Of a stretch of DNA of 64,000 nt, positions 35,668 to 46,180 are shown piece by piece. A program made the translations under genes and the position numbers. Positions within the stretch are counted from its first letter, which is position 1. Each line of letters opens with the position of its first letter. The DNA lies in assembly GCA_029260655.1 (NCBI GenBank), contig JAJDCU010000034.1, positions 64,582 to 128,581 of the forward strand, written 5' to 3'. The notes beneath the pieces were generated by a model. The model was not told the DNA's origin. It did no database searches and saw only the letters and a program-made list of their open reading frames with translations. This DNA is from Phycisphaeraceae bacterium (GTDB taxonomy: Bacteria > Planctomycetota > Phycisphaerae > Phycisphaerales > Phycisphaeraceae).

Positions 35668-35741
35668 GTCTGTCGCTCCTGATCGCTGTATTTCGAGCCG
35701 GGCATTATAACGGACATCCGGCACGATGGCGTGTGTTTGAG

Positions 35742-36644
35742 TCAGGGGACCGGGGCATCCAAATCAACGACCTGGTCGATCTTGAGGGCTGTGCTGAGCG
35801 TGTCAAAATCGAAATGGTTGTCGCGGATACGGCTGACGCCGACGCTCGCGTCGCTTAGCTTCAAAATCATCGTCGCGTCTTGGCCGACCACGACCAACTC
35901 GACCTTGGCGGGGATCGTCGGCTGTGGCTTGCCTTCTGAGGTATAGGTTTTGACTTTGGTGTCTCCTGACAGCCGACAGATCACGGTTGATCGGCCCTGT
36001 GCGTCGATCAGGTCGACCCGGACCGGCCGCGCGGTCGCCGGGTCCAACAACATCCGCAAACCAAGCCCCGGCGGTTCGATCAGGTAATGCCCATCCAGAT
36101 ACTCGACCGCCGGCTCATCGGGCACGGCCTGCGAATCGATCGGCGCAAGACCCAAAACATACAACAGGTCAGCCGGGTTGATTGGGAGAGTAAGCGACTC
36201 GGCATCGGGCCCAAGCGCCGGGTCAAGGTTTTCAAATCGGCCGACGTAAGCGGTGCGCGGGTCCTGTAGGTCAAATAGCCAGTAGCGCCGCCCGTCGCCG
36301 CCGGCCCAGAAGCCCTTGCCGAACTCCTGGATCTCCAGCGCGACTTTGCCCGGGCTCACAAACATGAACCGGCCGTCGCCGTGCTCGGACTTCCGCTTGC
36401 CTTTGTCATCAAGCCAGACAAAGTCGGCGCGGGCTACGGCCCAGACGCGTCCAAGCGGCTCGGTGGTTTTGTTGTAGCGCTCAATCAGCTCGCCATAGGT
36501 CGGCAGAGGGCCGGTCGGCTCGATCAATAGAGTCGTCGTGTCAGATAAGATCGGCTGGGCGGGTTGGCAGCCAAACAGCATGCACAGCAGGCTCGCCGTC
36601 ATGACGCAAGCTATCCACGCGGCTGGCATGGGCATCCCACGCAC
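35742..36644 (-). CDS. Lipoprotein of unknown function
   Basis: The signal peptide with lipobox is ASLLCMLFGC. No catalytic motif was seen. Confidence 0.55.
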   Translation of the reverse strand: MRGMPMPAAWIACVMTASLLCMLFGCQPAQPILSDTTTLLIEPTGPLPTYGELIERYNKTTEPLGRVWAVARADFVWLDDKGKRKSEHGDGRFMFVSPGKVALEIQEFGKGFWAGGDGRRYWLFDLQDPRTAYVGRFENLDPALGPDAESLTLPINPADLLYVLGLAPIDSQAVPDEPAVEYLDGHYLIEPPGLGLRMLLDPATARPVRVDLIDAQGRSTVICRLSGDTKVKTYTSEGKPQPTIPAKVELVVVGQDATMILKLSDASVGVSRIRDNHFDFDTLSTALKIDQVVDLDAPVP

Positions 36645-36647
36645 TGT

Positions 36648-37271
36648 TTAAAGCTCCGCCTGGAGGATGTCGCCGAGTTGCTGGGTCACCTGCTCAACCT
36701 GCGATTCGTCCAGGTTGGGGTCCATCACATGCAGCACCACGTCCGGGTGCCACTTGCCAAGCGGGCCCTTTGCCAGGTCCAGCTTCGGGGTCAGGGCCCA
36801 CCACGCCTGCTCGACCTGCTCGCCGTCTACCTCGGCGGTGCGGATCTCCTTGCCGTCGTATCGCAAGAGTTTCTTACGCATCATGATCAGCGCCAGGACG
36901 TAGCGGAACGCCAGACGGTCCGGTTCGGTCGCGTCGGCAAGGCGCTCCAACAGGTTCATCAGGATCGAATCGTCGACGAAGAGTTTTTTCTTCTCGTTGG
37001 GTTGCGGGACGGTGGACTTCCAATAGCCGAACAACCCCTCCGGTCGGTACCCCCCTTCCCATGCCTCGATGCTGACATCCAGCCGACACATGCCAAGCGC
37101 CCGTAGCGCCTCGGCGGCCTTGTCCTTGCTCTGTTCATCCACCGGGGCGTTTTCAGGCAGGTCGACCAGCGCCGCGTAGTACGGTTCGCCGGGCGCCAAT
37201 TCTCGACCGGTCGAGGCACACCGCCCGCTGGTCTTGGGTATCTCGTAACTGGGTGTATTGAACTGTGCCAT
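36648..37271 (-). CDS. Conserved hypothetical protein
   Basis: 207-aa ORF, separated from the downstream gene by 3 nt. Confidence 0.55.
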   Translation of the reverse strand: MAQFNTPSYEIPKTSGRCASTGRELAPGEPYYAALVDLPENAPVDEQSKDKAAEALRALGMCRLDVSIEAWEGGYRPEGLFGYWKSTVPQPNEKKKLFVDDSILMNLLERLADATEPDRLAFRYVLALIMMRKKLLRYDGKEIRTAEVDGEQVEQAWWALTPKLDLAKGPLGKWHPDVVLHVMDPNLDESQVEQVTQQLGDILQAEL

Positions 37272-37304
37272 GCGTCTCTTGCTAAAGGCTAATAGCTAGA
37301 AGCT

Positions 37305-38183
37305 TTACTCGTCAATCTTCACACCGAGCTGTCTTGCGGCGCCGATTGAGGTCTGATCGATCAGGACAGCCAGGGTCATCGGGCCGACGCCGCCGGGGAC
37401 GGGGGTGATCATCGAACACTTGGGGGCACAATCATCGTAATCGACGTCGCCCACGTTGCCGCTTGGGCTTGGGTTAAACCCGGCGTCGATGATGATAGCG
37501 CCGTCCTTGAGCCAATCGCTCTTGACAAAGTTCGCCTTGCCGACCGCGGCGACGACGATGTCGGCCTGGCGGACGATGCCGGGTAGATCGACCGTGCGCG
37601 AATGGCAGATCGTGACGGTGGCGTGGGCGGCCAGCAGCAGCATGGCCATCGGCTTGCCGAGGATGACGCTGCGTCCGATGACCACGGCGTGCTTGCCCAG
37701 GATGTCGATGTCGTAGGCCTTCATCAAACGCATGATCCCCTCGGGGGTCGCCGAGCCAAAGCCCGGTAAGGCGTAGGTCATCGTGCCGAAGCTGTGGAAG
37801 GTCACGCCGTCGACGTCCTTGGCCCCGCCGATGGCCTCGAAAACGGCCCGCTCGTCGACCTGCTTGGGCATCGGGTGCTGGACCAGGATGCCGTGCACGG
37901 AATCGTCGTTAGCCAGCTCGGTGACTTTGGCGACGACTTCTTCGGTTGTGGAAGTATCCGGCATGTGGATCTTGATGGACTTCATGCCGTGTTTTTCGCA
38001 GAGCTTGCCCTTGCGGTCGACATATTTTTCGCTTGCCGGGTCGCTGCCGACCAGCACGGTCGCCAGACATGGTGTGACCCCGGTCTTGTCGATGATCTGC
38101 TTCACGCGCCGCTCGCAGCCCTGAAGGATCTGGTCTGCGATGGGCTTGCCCTTAATGACGATCGGCGTCGTGGTGGTTGTCAT
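37305..38183 (-). CDS. folD: Bifunctional methylenetetrahydrofolate dehydrogenase/cyclohydrolase
   Basis: The motifs are PCLATVLVGSDPASEKYV, HGILVQHPMP, VVIGRSVILGKPMAMLLL and PVPGGVGPMT. Confidence 0.9.
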   Translation of the reverse strand: MTTTTTPIVIKGKPIADQILQGCERRVKQIIDKTGVTPCLATVLVGSDPASEKYVDRKGKLCEKHGMKSIKIHMPDTSTTEEVVAKVTELANDDSVHGILVQHPMPKQVDERAVFEAIGGAKDVDGVTFHSFGTMTYALPGFGSATPEGIMRLMKAYDIDILGKHAVVIGRSVILGKPMAMLLLAAHATVTICHSRTVDLPGIVRQADIVVAAVGKANFVKSDWLKDGAIIIDAGFNPSPSGNVGDVDYDDCAPKCSMITPVPGGVGPMTLAVLIDQTSIGAARQLGVKIDE

Positions 38184-38249
38184 GGCGGGATTATAGGGAC
38201 TCGCGAGGTTTGAGGCACGGAGAGGCCGACGGGCCTACAATCTGCCCCC

Positions 38250-39554
38250 ATGCGGGCAGTGATACTATCGATCGGCGATGAACTTGCGCTGGGCCAGACG
38301 GTCGACACGAACAGCGCCTACCTGGCGGCGAAGTTGACCGAGCTTGGCATCGGTGCCCTGTATCACCAAACGCTTGCCGACGATCGGGCTGTGGTCTCCG
38401 CGGCGATCGTGCAGGCGGCCCAGCAAGCGACGGTGGTGCTAGTCACCGGGGGCCTGGGACCGACCGAAGACGACCTGACCCGTCAGGCGCTGGCGAAGGC
38501 GATGGGCACGGAGCTGGTCGAGGACCCGGCAAGCCTGGCGCAGATCAAGCACTTCTTCGCCGACTGGGGCCGCCCGATGCCCGACTGTAACAAGGTCCAG
38601 GCCCTGCACCCGACCGGCTCGAACATGATAGAAAACCCACTTGGCACCGCGCCGGGGATCAGGGCTGTCCTGGGAAAGGCAACGGTCTACGTCATGCCCG
38701 GCGTGCCCCGTGAAATGCGAGCGATGTTTGAACGTTCCATCCTCTCCGAGATGCGGACTGCGGCGGGCCCGGGCCCGGTCATCCTGAGCACCAAGATCAA
38801 CACCTTCGGCGCCGGTGAATCCACGGTCGCCCAGTTGCTGGAAGGCTTGATGGGCCGTCATCAAAACCCCCTGGTCGGCACAACTGTCACAGGCGGGATC
38901 GTCTCGGTCCGTATCCGAAGCGAATCCAGAGATCCTAAAGAAGCGAAGACGAATCTCGACAAGATGGCCGACAAGGTCGAATCCCTGCTGAGCGCGATCG
39001 TGTTCGGGCGGGATGATCAGACGCTCCAGGCATCCGTGGTCGATGAGCTGCGCCGGTCGGGGCTGACAGCCGCGACCGCCGAGAGCTGCACGGGGGGATT
39101 GATCGGCAAGATGCTCACCGATGTGCCCGGGGCCAGCGACGTTTATGCCGGCGGGTGGGTGACGTACACCAACCAGATGAAACAGGATCAACTCGGCGTC
39201 TCCGCACAGATGCTCGAAAAGCACGGCGCGGTCAGCGGGCAGACCGTCTGCGCGATGGCCGACAGGGCATTGGCGCAGAGCGGAGCGAATCTGGCCGTAT
39301 CGGTCAGCGGGGTTGCCGGGCCCGACGGAGGCACACCCGACAAGCCGGTTGGGACCGTCTGGCTGGCGCTTGCATCTCAAGCGAAAGGCTCACAAACGAT
39401 CGAGACCCAGGCTGTCCGGGTCAATCTGCCCGGCGGACGCGAGATAGTCCGTATCCGAGCAGCGCTATGCGCCCTGCAACTCATCCGCATGCATCTGCTA
39501 CAGCGCCCCATCACCGACATGTCCTGGGTCACACAAACCCACCCGGCGGCGTAA
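38250..39554 (+). CDS. cinA: CinA-family protein (MoCF-binding domain plus nicotinamide-nucleotide amidase domain)
   Basis: It starts MRAVILSIGDELALGQTVDTNSAYLA, and the C-terminal domain carries AESCTGGLIG. Confidence 0.85.
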   Translation: MRAVILSIGDELALGQTVDTNSAYLAAKLTELGIGALYHQTLADDRAVVSAAIVQAAQQATVVLVTGGLGPTEDDLTRQALAKAMGTELVEDPASLAQIKHFFADWGRPMPDCNKVQALHPTGSNMIENPLGTAPGIRAVLGKATVYVMPGVPREMRAMFERSILSEMRTAAGPGPVILSTKINTFGAGESTVAQLLEGLMGRHQNPLVGTTVTGGIVSVRIRSESRDPKEAKTNLDKMADKVESLLSAIVFGRDDQTLQASVVDELRRSGLTAATAESCTGGLIGKMLTDVPGASDVYAGGWVTYTNQMKQDQLGVSAQMLEKHGAVSGQTVCAMADRALAQSGANLAVSVSGVAGPDGGTPDKPVGTVWLALASQAKGSQTIETQAVRVNLPGGREIVRIRAALCALQLIRMHLLQRPITDMSWVTQTHPAA

Positions 39555-39596
39555 CGATATACTCGGCACGAGCCCCGAAACCCGATTGCCTCAACC

Positions 39597-40337
39597 ATGC
39601 CCCCCATCCCCCCCACCGGCCGAATCGACGTTCACAGCCACATGCTCCCGGGCATTGACGACGGTTGCAGTGACATCGACGAGGCGGTGTCCAACATCCA
39701 GATGCTGACCGACGCGGGGTATGCCGGCACGATCTGCACGCCCCACCTCTGGCCGGACATGTTCCCCGACAACACCCCGACAAATATCCAACACTGGACC
39801 ACCGACCTGAGCAATCAACTTGCCCAGCGAGGCATCCAATACCCCCTCTGGCCCGGCGGGGAACTGCGTCTATTTAAAGGTGTGATTGACTGGATGAAAT
39901 CCCACGGCGTGCCCACACTTGCCGGGTCACGCTACGTCCTGGCGGATTTCTGGGAAGACACCTGGGCCAAATATGTCGACCCGGCCTTCGACTGGCTGTT
40001 GGACAACGGGTATCAACCGATCCTCGCTCATCCCGAGCGCATCGGGATCGCCGACACGGAAAACCTTGTCGGCCACCTTGATGCACTGACCGCTCGCGGC
40101 GTGCTGTTGCAAGGTAACTTCCGCTGCATGACCGGCGAAGACGGATACCACGCCGATCAGCGGGTCAGACGGTTCCTCCAAGAGGGTCGGTACTGGCTGA
40201 TGGCGATGGACATGCACCGGCCCGACGCCCAGCCCTCCCGGCTCGACGGGATGCAGATGGTCGCCCAGGAGTTCGGCCAGCCAACCGTCGATCTGATGAC
40301 CATCGACCGCCCGAGGTTGATTCTCAGCAATGCATAA
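39597..40337 (+). CDS. PHP-family protein-tyrosine phosphatase (CpsB/YwqE type)
   Basis: It carries the metal-binding N-terminus IDVHSHMLPGIDDG, then AHPER and DMH motifs. Confidence 0.8.
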   Translation: MPPIPPTGRIDVHSHMLPGIDDGCSDIDEAVSNIQMLTDAGYAGTICTPHLWPDMFPDNTPTNIQHWTTDLSNQLAQRGIQYPLWPGGELRLFKGVIDWMKSHGVPTLAGSRYVLADFWEDTWAKYVDPAFDWLLDNGYQPILAHPERIGIADTENLVGHLDALTARGVLLQGNFRCMTGEDGYHADQRVRRFLQEGRYWLMAMDMHRPDAQPSRLDGMQMVAQEFGQPTVDLMTIDRPRLILSNA

Positions 40338-40396
40338 ATCCGTCCAAGCCGCCGGCACGCGATCAGGCATGCCGACGGGTCGCTGTGGGGGCAGGT

Positions 40397-41389
40397 TCAC
40401 CCGATGATGGAGCGCTGCCGACTGTGTATCAGCATCAACCCGATCCCGATGAGCACCGCGGTCGCCGGCTCGGGGATGGTCAGCAACTGGAACGCCATGT
40501 CATTCAGCCCATGATTGGGCTGGATCGGTCGCCAATCCTGTTGGGGATAGATCCATTCGCCGTTGGGGCCCATCAGCAGGTGCCCCATCGTCGCCACGTC
40601 GTTAAACGCTTCGGGGCTGGTGTGCCAACCCCAGAAGTGGCCGTCGGGGTTCAGCGGATCGTTGCCCGGGATGGCGAACTTGCCGGTATCCTGCTCGATC
40701 CAGCTGGTGGTCCCGTCGGGGTTGGTCACCGCCACGAGGGTGTGCCCGACCTCGGCGTTGATGGAGAGCCAATAAACCTCGCCGGGCTGCTGGTTGAACC
40801 CGATCTGATCGGCGAATCCCGCCACGGCGTGCTCGAGGTGCGTGTCCTGGAAGTTGACCTCGTATTGCCATATCTCGTGGCCGTCCCAGCCCACATGGGT
40901 AGTAGGCGTGACCTTCACCGCGCCGAACGGGGCGATGTACGAAGCCAGCAACTCGTCGGGCCGGCTGAACGGGTTGAGCGGGTCGACCGGCTGGTCCTTG
41001 AAAAACGAAAGCACGTACCCGTCCTCGGACCCGGGCCCGAAGATCGGGGTGACCGCACCGCCAACCTGCTGGAACGTCGGGCCGACATACGAGCCCCACC
41101 ACCGCACGGTCAGCACCGGGGTGTTGAACGGGTCGCGGAAGTCATCGGCGATGATCCAGTTCGGTTGAGGCGGCGGCTGTGTCGGCGAGGCCGCATTCAA
41201 TGCGTTCCAGTCCACATCCGAGGGGATGTTCTCGCCGGAGATCAACATGTCAAGCGGGTCGATAAGGTAGCCTGGGAGCTGGGAGTATTTCAGGACCGTG
41301 CCCTGATCCGCCTGGGCGGGCGCCCCCCACATGATTACGAACGCGAACGCTGTCAACGCTGTGATCGAGAGTCTGGTGATGCGTGTCAT
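40397..41389 (-). CDS. PEP-CTERM sorting-domain secreted protein (array member 1)
   Basis: The signal peptide is ...AFAFVIMWGAPAQA. The C-terminus is IPEPATAVLIGIGLMLIHSRQRS. Confidence 0.85.
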   Translation of the reverse strand: MTRITRLSITALTAFAFVIMWGAPAQADQGTVLKYSQLPGYLIDPLDMLISGENIPSDVDWNALNAASPTQPPPQPNWIIADDFRDPFNTPVLTVRWWGSYVGPTFQQVGGAVTPIFGPGSEDGYVLSFFKDQPVDPLNPFSRPDELLASYIAPFGAVKVTPTTHVGWDGHEIWQYEVNFQDTHLEHAVAGFADQIGFNQQPGEVYWLSINAEVGHTLVAVTNPDGTTSWIEQDTGKFAIPGNDPLNPDGHFWGWHTSPEAFNDVATMGHLLMGPNGEWIYPQQDWRPIQPNHGLNDMAFQLLTIPEPATAVLIGIGLMLIHSRQRSIIG

Positions 41390-41494
41390 GGCTATGCTCC
41401 TGTTAATGGTGTGTCAACTGTGTGAACAAGCCCGGCTTGGATCACTAATCGTACTTACCATTCGCCCTCAGAAGCTCGCGTCCGTGCATGTGTG

Positions 41495-42157
41495 CTATGG
41501 GTTCATAGGCGTTCCCTTCTTGTATGCATAAGTGATTGGCTGATCGTGATCGTGGCTACGGCGTCGTCCAAGCAGCGACTGCCCGCCGAGCCCCAGCAGC
41601 GCCAGTGACGCCGGCTCGGGGACCGGACTGGGTAGGTTATGGGAGTCGGCGAAGGCGGCTATCACGGTCGCCGAATCCGTTTCGGGGGCCTCGACATTGG
41701 TAAAGAACAAGATGGCGCTGGACAAGCCGGTGGTGAGTTGGCCTGGGCCGAAATTCCATGACGCGGAGGTGGGGCTGGCACCAACGAACTGAAATGTGCT
41801 TGGGTTCACAAGCCCGACGTCGCCGATGAAACCGACCGTACCCAACGACTCATCGCCGTCGAGACCGACCGACATCGTGATAACGTCGGCACCCAGGTTC
41901 TCGATCTGATACGCATAGACGTAGTGGGCTCCCCCGCTGGGATCAATACCCGGGAACGCGGCCCCGAAAGAACCGGGCTCGAAGACGGCGAAGTCCACGT
42001 TCGCGGTGACCGAGAAGCCGCTCAAGTGATTGTCGAAGAGCTGGGTTCCCGTGAACGCCGGCATCGACCCTTCGCTACTGGCCAGCTTCATGCCCAAGGC
42101 AGGCACCGCGCTTGCAACACAGAAGATCAGCCCGAGGATGATTGTGTTGAGACGCAT
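41495..42157 (-). CDS. PEP-CTERM protein (member 2, family B)
   Basis: I chose the internal ATG at 42157 (MRLNTIILGLIFCVASAVPALG). The C-terminus is VPEPASLALLGLGGQSLLGRRRS. It is a close paralog of 55575..56204. Confidence 0.85.
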   Translation of the reverse strand: MRLNTIILGLIFCVASAVPALGMKLASSEGSMPAFTGTQLFDNHLSGFSVTANVDFAVFEPGSFGAAFPGIDPSGGAHYVYAYQIENLGADVITMSVGLDGDESLGTVGFIGDVGLVNPSTFQFVGASPTSASWNFGPGQLTTGLSSAILFFTNVEAPETDSATVIAAFADSHNLPSPVPEPASLALLGLGGQSLLGRRRSHDHDQPITYAYKKGTPMNP

Positions 42158-42281
42158 TTCATCGTTCCTTTTGATGGCGTAACTCGGACACACAATCTGG
42201 CGGACCCGCGTCATGTGCCTCCTCGCGCCTCCCCCGCCTTCAATCGGGGGGCGGCGGGATGGGTAGGCCATCACGAGAGCG

Positions 42282-42935
42282 TCATACGGGTCGCCGGCTC
42301 CAAGGGCGGCCGCATATCGTCAGACCCAGCGCCATCAGCGCCAAGCTCGCCGGCTCGGGGACCACGGTTGCGACGATGCTGCCGCTGGACGGGTCCGGCT
42401 GGATGATGCTGGGCACGCCGATCGAGCTGAGCTGCGCCGCGTTTAAGCCGACGGCATTGATCCAGTCATCCAGCACGATCTCCCATGTCTCGCCCGGCTC
42501 GAACACCAGAGCCTGCGTCCCGCCGATCTCCGCTATCAACGGCCGATTGACGCCCACGTTGTCGATCAGCACCGCTTCCTCCCCGTTGATCAGGCCGTCG
42601 AAGTTGGAAAAGACCGTGTCCGGGTCTGCCACATAGTGCAGGTCCCTGAAAGAGAGGTTGGTCAGGTTGGTAATAACCAGCAGGGCATTAGGGATGTTCG
42701 CGCTGGAGTTCAACGGACAGGCGTCGATCGATGTCGTGTTGGCAAACGCATCGATCAACTCGTCGCTGGGAAAGACCGCTGTGCCCAGTTCGTCCATCAC
42801 ATTGGGCAGTGGCCCCAGCGTGTCGCAGTCGGACAGGTCCTGGTGATTGATCGACGTTAATGAGGCCGAGGCCTGCATGCTCAGCGCCAGCGAGGCGATG
42901 ATGGCAAAGCAGCTTGTATTGAGGTTGCGTGTCAT
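42282..42935 (-). CDS. PEP-CTERM protein (member 3, family C)
   Basis: It has a signal peptide and the C-terminus VPEPASLALMALGLTICGRPWSRR. It is a paralog of 44451..45128. Confidence 0.85.
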   Translation of the reverse strand: MTRNLNTSCFAIIASLALSMQASASLTSINHQDLSDCDTLGPLPNVMDELGTAVFPSDELIDAFANTTSIDACPLNSSANIPNALLVITNLTNLSFRDLHYVADPDTVFSNFDGLINGEEAVLIDNVGVNRPLIAEIGGTQALVFEPGETWEIVLDDWINAVGLNAAQLSSIGVPSIIQPDPSSGSIVATVVPEPASLALMALGLTICGRPWSRRPV

Positions 42936-42952
42936 GGCATGGCTCCTTTGAG

Positions 42953-43618
42953 TTAGCTGTGTAAACGGCTACGTCGAATCATGGATAGACCGGCGAGGCC
43001 CAGCAGCGCCAGTGACGCCGGCTCGGGCACGGCCGTGGGGAACTGCCGGAGGGTGAAAGTACTGATGCCGTCGGGCACGTCGATGTGGAAATTGAAGAAC
43101 GGGGTGGTAAAGGCCCCGTTCGGGAAGATGCCGCCCGTTGCAAGGATCTCGTTTCCCCCAATATTGGTGAAACTGGGGAAGAAAGCTGCGAATGAGACAG
43201 GCGAATTGAAGTCCGGGGCATCAAAGTCAAGCCCATCGCCCGGGGTAGACAGCACAAACCCGGCCCCCATGCCGAACCCCAGTTGGATCTGATACTGGCT
43301 AAAGTCCAGCCCCGTGCCGTTGCTGACTCCCTCGACGATGACATACTCGGTAGTGCCCCCCGTCGGCACGACGGTGAACTCGATGTCGATCGGGCCGATG
43401 CCTATGTAATCTTTCTGGTCAACGATGAGTGTATTCGGCGAGAGCCCGGCTACGTCATCGTTGATGGGATTGGGGGGAGATACGATGGTCACAGCGGCTA
43501 CCGAACCGATGCCCGACGACCAGGTATACGAGATGATTTCGCCGGCCTCAAGCGTGCCAACAGAGGAGAATGCCAAGACCGCTGCGAATCCGGCCGTTAA
43601 GTATCGTTTGGTAGTCAT
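42953..43618 (-). CDS. PEP-CTERM protein (member 4)
   Basis: It has a signal peptide and the C-terminus VPEPASLALLGLAGLSMIRRSR. Confidence 0.85.
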   Translation of the reverse strand: MTTKRYLTAGFAAVLAFSSVGTLEAGEIISYTWSSGIGSVAAVTIVSPPNPINDDVAGLSPNTLIVDQKDYIGIGPIDIEFTVVPTGGTTEYVIVEGVSNGTGLDFSQYQIQLGFGMGAGFVLSTPGDGLDFDAPDFNSPVSFAAFFPSFTNIGGNEILATGGIFPNGAFTTPFFNFHIDVPDGISTFTLRQFPTAVPEPASLALLGLAGLSMIRRSRLHS

Positions 43619-43667
43619 GAGTTTTGCCCTAATAGTGTTGTGTATTGAAAGATGATGAAGCCGTGGT

Positions 43668-44399
43668 TTATGAATGCTTCAGAGAGCGAACGTCGGTATT
43701 ACTCCGTGGCGATCTGCGTCTTATGCCAACGGCCGCGGCTCCGAAGACCATCACCGCCGCCGACGCCGGCTCGGGGACGATGTTGACGCCGCTGAAACCG
43801 TCGACGCCGAAGCGCACGGCATCCAGACCTGTGGCCCCGCCGTTGAAGGTGAATTCGACCGTGCCCGCCGTGGCGGTGAACGGAATCGTTTGTGGTATCC
43901 AGTCGTTCATCCCGTCGCCGAATACCGGGTCGACAAGGATGCCGGTGGAATACGACGAAATGTCCGCCCCGACGATCGAGACTTCGAACGCATCGTTGTC
44001 CGTAAGCCAACTGCCCTGACGCAGGACGGTGGCGAAGAAGGGAAGCTCGTATTGCTGGCCGATAGAGAACCCGGACAGCGAAAGCCGGGCCTCCTCGTTG
44101 TTCGCCGACCCGGAGGTGAACTGAAGCATCCAGAGCGCCGCGTCATTGGGGGCGCCCGAGAGCGTCTGGTTGGGGTTGCCGAACAGGTTCACGCCCAAGT
44201 CGGGGCTGATGACGACCGTCTCCCAGCCCGGCTGGAAGTTCCCGGTCACCGCCACGACGTTCGTGGTGCCAAAGCCCTGCCAGGAGGGGTCGGTGAATGG
44301 GACCGTGGTCTGGGCGGAAGCGGTCGGCGCGATCATTGCCGTTAGCGCTAAGGCCGCGGCACATGCAAAAGATTGGATTGACTTGGATAGCGTGAACAT
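43668..44399 (-). CDS. PEP-CTERM protein (member 5)
   Basis: It has a signal peptide and the C-terminus VPEPASAAVMVFGAAAVGIRRRS. Confidence 0.85.
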   Translation of the reverse strand: MFTLSKSIQSFACAAALALTAMIAPTASAQTTVPFTDPSWQGFGTTNVVAVTGNFQPGWETVVISPDLGVNLFGNPNQTLSGAPNDAALWMLQFTSGSANNEEARLSLSGFSIGQQYELPFFATVLRQGSWLTDNDAFEVSIVGADISSYSTGILVDPVFGDGMNDWIPQTIPFTATAGTVEFTFNGGATGLDAVRFGVDGFSGVNIVPEPASAAVMVFGAAAVGIRRRSPRSNTDVRSLKHS

Positions 44400-44450
44400 G
44401 GATACGTCCTTAGATGTTTAAAGTTCGAGTGCTCCGAAAAACGACTGAGC

Positions 44451-45128
44451 CTACCGGCGTCTAATGCCCACAAAGGCCGTGCCGAGGGCCAACAGCGCCA
44501 GCGACGCGGGCTCGGGCACGGGGATGGCGACGATGCTGGAATTAGACGCGACGACGAGGTCTGAGCTCGCCGCGAACTGGCCTGCCGAGTTGAACGAAGG
44601 CGCCGCGAACAGTGAGAAGTTGGTGATGAGGAACTCCCACGTCTCGCCGGGCTGAAGGATTTCATCGATTGGGCCGATCTCGGCAATCAGCGGGTTGTTG
44701 ACCCCTGCCGTGACCGTGCCATCGATACGAAATGCATCACCGGCACCAAGAAACGTAAGATCATCGATGACACCATCGATGTTACCGGCGTTCACGCCCT
44801 TGTCGGCGACGTAAAAGAGATTGGTGTAGGCGATGTTCGAGAGATTCGTGATGGTCACCAACCACTCATTGGCTATCCCGTCGTCACCCACACACCCAAA
44901 GTGTGCCGGCAAGGAGGACTGGGTGGTGGTGATCGCCAGCGCCTCATCGATGGGGAACGTGGCGGTATCGCCGAGTTCGTGTGAAAGGGTCTGAGTCCCG
45001 TGGCTGTCACAGGTCCCCGGGGTGTCGGTGTACAGCGCCTGGACAGGCACAGCCGAGGCGGCCTGAGTCAGGCACAAGCAAGCGGTGGCGGCGAGGGTAA
45101 GGTGGGATGTAGTTTTCAAATGTGTCAT
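44451..45128 (-). CDS. PEP-CTERM protein (member 6, family C)
   Basis: I chose the internal ATG at 45128 (MTHLKTTSHLTLAATACLCLTQAASA). The C-terminus is VPEPASLALLALGTAFVGIRRR. Confidence 0.85.
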   Translation of the reverse strand: MTHLKTTSHLTLAATACLCLTQAASAVPVQALYTDTPGTCDSHGTQTLSHELGDTATFPIDEALAITTTQSSLPAHFGCVGDDGIANEWLVTITNLSNIAYTNLFYVADKGVNAGNIDGVIDDLTFLGAGDAFRIDGTVTAGVNNPLIAEIGPIDEILQPGETWEFLITNFSLFAAPSFNSAGQFAASSDLVVASNSSIVAIPVPEPASLALLALGTAFVGIRRR

Positions 45129-45202
45129 GGTGAACTTTCCTTTCGTTTGTCGAGAATGAGGGGTGCTTACCGGTTCGCCCGGCATTGTTTCTGTGTGCTA
45201 GT

Positions 45203-46180
45203 TCAGTGACTGGCGCGACGACGCAAAGCGATCAGACCGCCCACCGCCAACAATGTCAGCGACGCGGGCTCGGGCACCGGCTGGACCGCGAACTGGAAGT
45301 TGTCTAGGAACGATTTTTCAAGTCCGGCTGTCGCCACACCGTTGCCGGGATCGGTGTGGGCACGGAAATACATCTGCTCAAGCGTGTTGATGGGCGTGGT
45401 CAGTGAAGCGCCGGACGCGATCAGGACCGGCGTGTTGCCTGCGTCGAACTCGATCGTTGCGAGATTGAAATCCCGTGTCCAATACAGATCATAAGTCTGG
45501 CTGACGAAATTGAAGTCGACGATGACGTTGTCGAAGTGGCCGCTCCAGGGCACGGCGGTGCTGTTGTAGCTCGTGCCGTCGATGTGGGTGAATTTGGTAT
45601 CGAAGGCGTTACCGGGATCGCTGTCGGAAAAGCCGATGGTAGCGCCGGGCGCCGCGTCCGTGCCGCCGATGCTCAGCGAGAAAGCGGGCACGTCATTGAA
45701 AACCGTGTCGAAGCCCACTGCGAGCGGATCCCAGGTCACGCCAGGACAGATGTCGAACGCGACGACTGCCGACGCCAGCGGTGTCGTCGGAGCCACGCCC
45801 AGATCGTCGATGCCGACATCGTATTCGACCGTCATGTCGTAGTTTGGGGCGCCGGCCGGGGCGATGGAGCGTACAGCCATGGCAAAGGGAGCGGAATTGG
45901 CCCCGCCGCCGCCGTAGCCGTGCCGGCTCACGTACTGAGCGTCCGTATTCACAGCAGACGAGCCGACGAGCTCATGGAATCGGCCCGTGTTGTATTGAAT
46001 GGGGGTGAACGTCGCGCCGGTTGCGCCGGCATCGTAGGACCACACGTCATTGCCGAAGGTCTGTGTGTAACCGTCCGCGACCTCGAACCCGCCGAGAAGT
46101 GCGTGTGCAGGCTGCTGACCTGCAAGAACGAGTGTCACCGCCGCCGCGACGATCGAATGGTAGGACTTGACATAACTCAT
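45203..46180 (-). CDS. PEP-CTERM protein (member 7)
   Basis: It has a signal peptide and the C-terminus VPEPASLTLLAVGGLIALRRR. Its start overlaps the upstream stop by 4 nt. Confidence 0.85.
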   Translation of the reverse strand: MSYVKSYHSIVAAAVTLVLAGQQPAHALLGGFEVADGYTQTFGNDVWSYDAGATGATFTPIQYNTGRFHELVGSSAVNTDAQYVSRHGYGGGGANSAPFAMAVRSIAPAGAPNYDMTVEYDVGIDDLGVAPTTPLASAVVAFDICPGVTWDPLAVGFDTVFNDVPAFSLSIGGTDAAPGATIGFSDSDPGNAFDTKFTHIDGTSYNSTAVPWSGHFDNVIVDFNFVSQTYDLYWTRDFNLATIEFDAGNTPVLIASGASLTTPINTLEQMYFRAHTDPGNGVATAGLEKSFLDNFQFAVQPVPEPASLTLLAVGGLIALRRRASH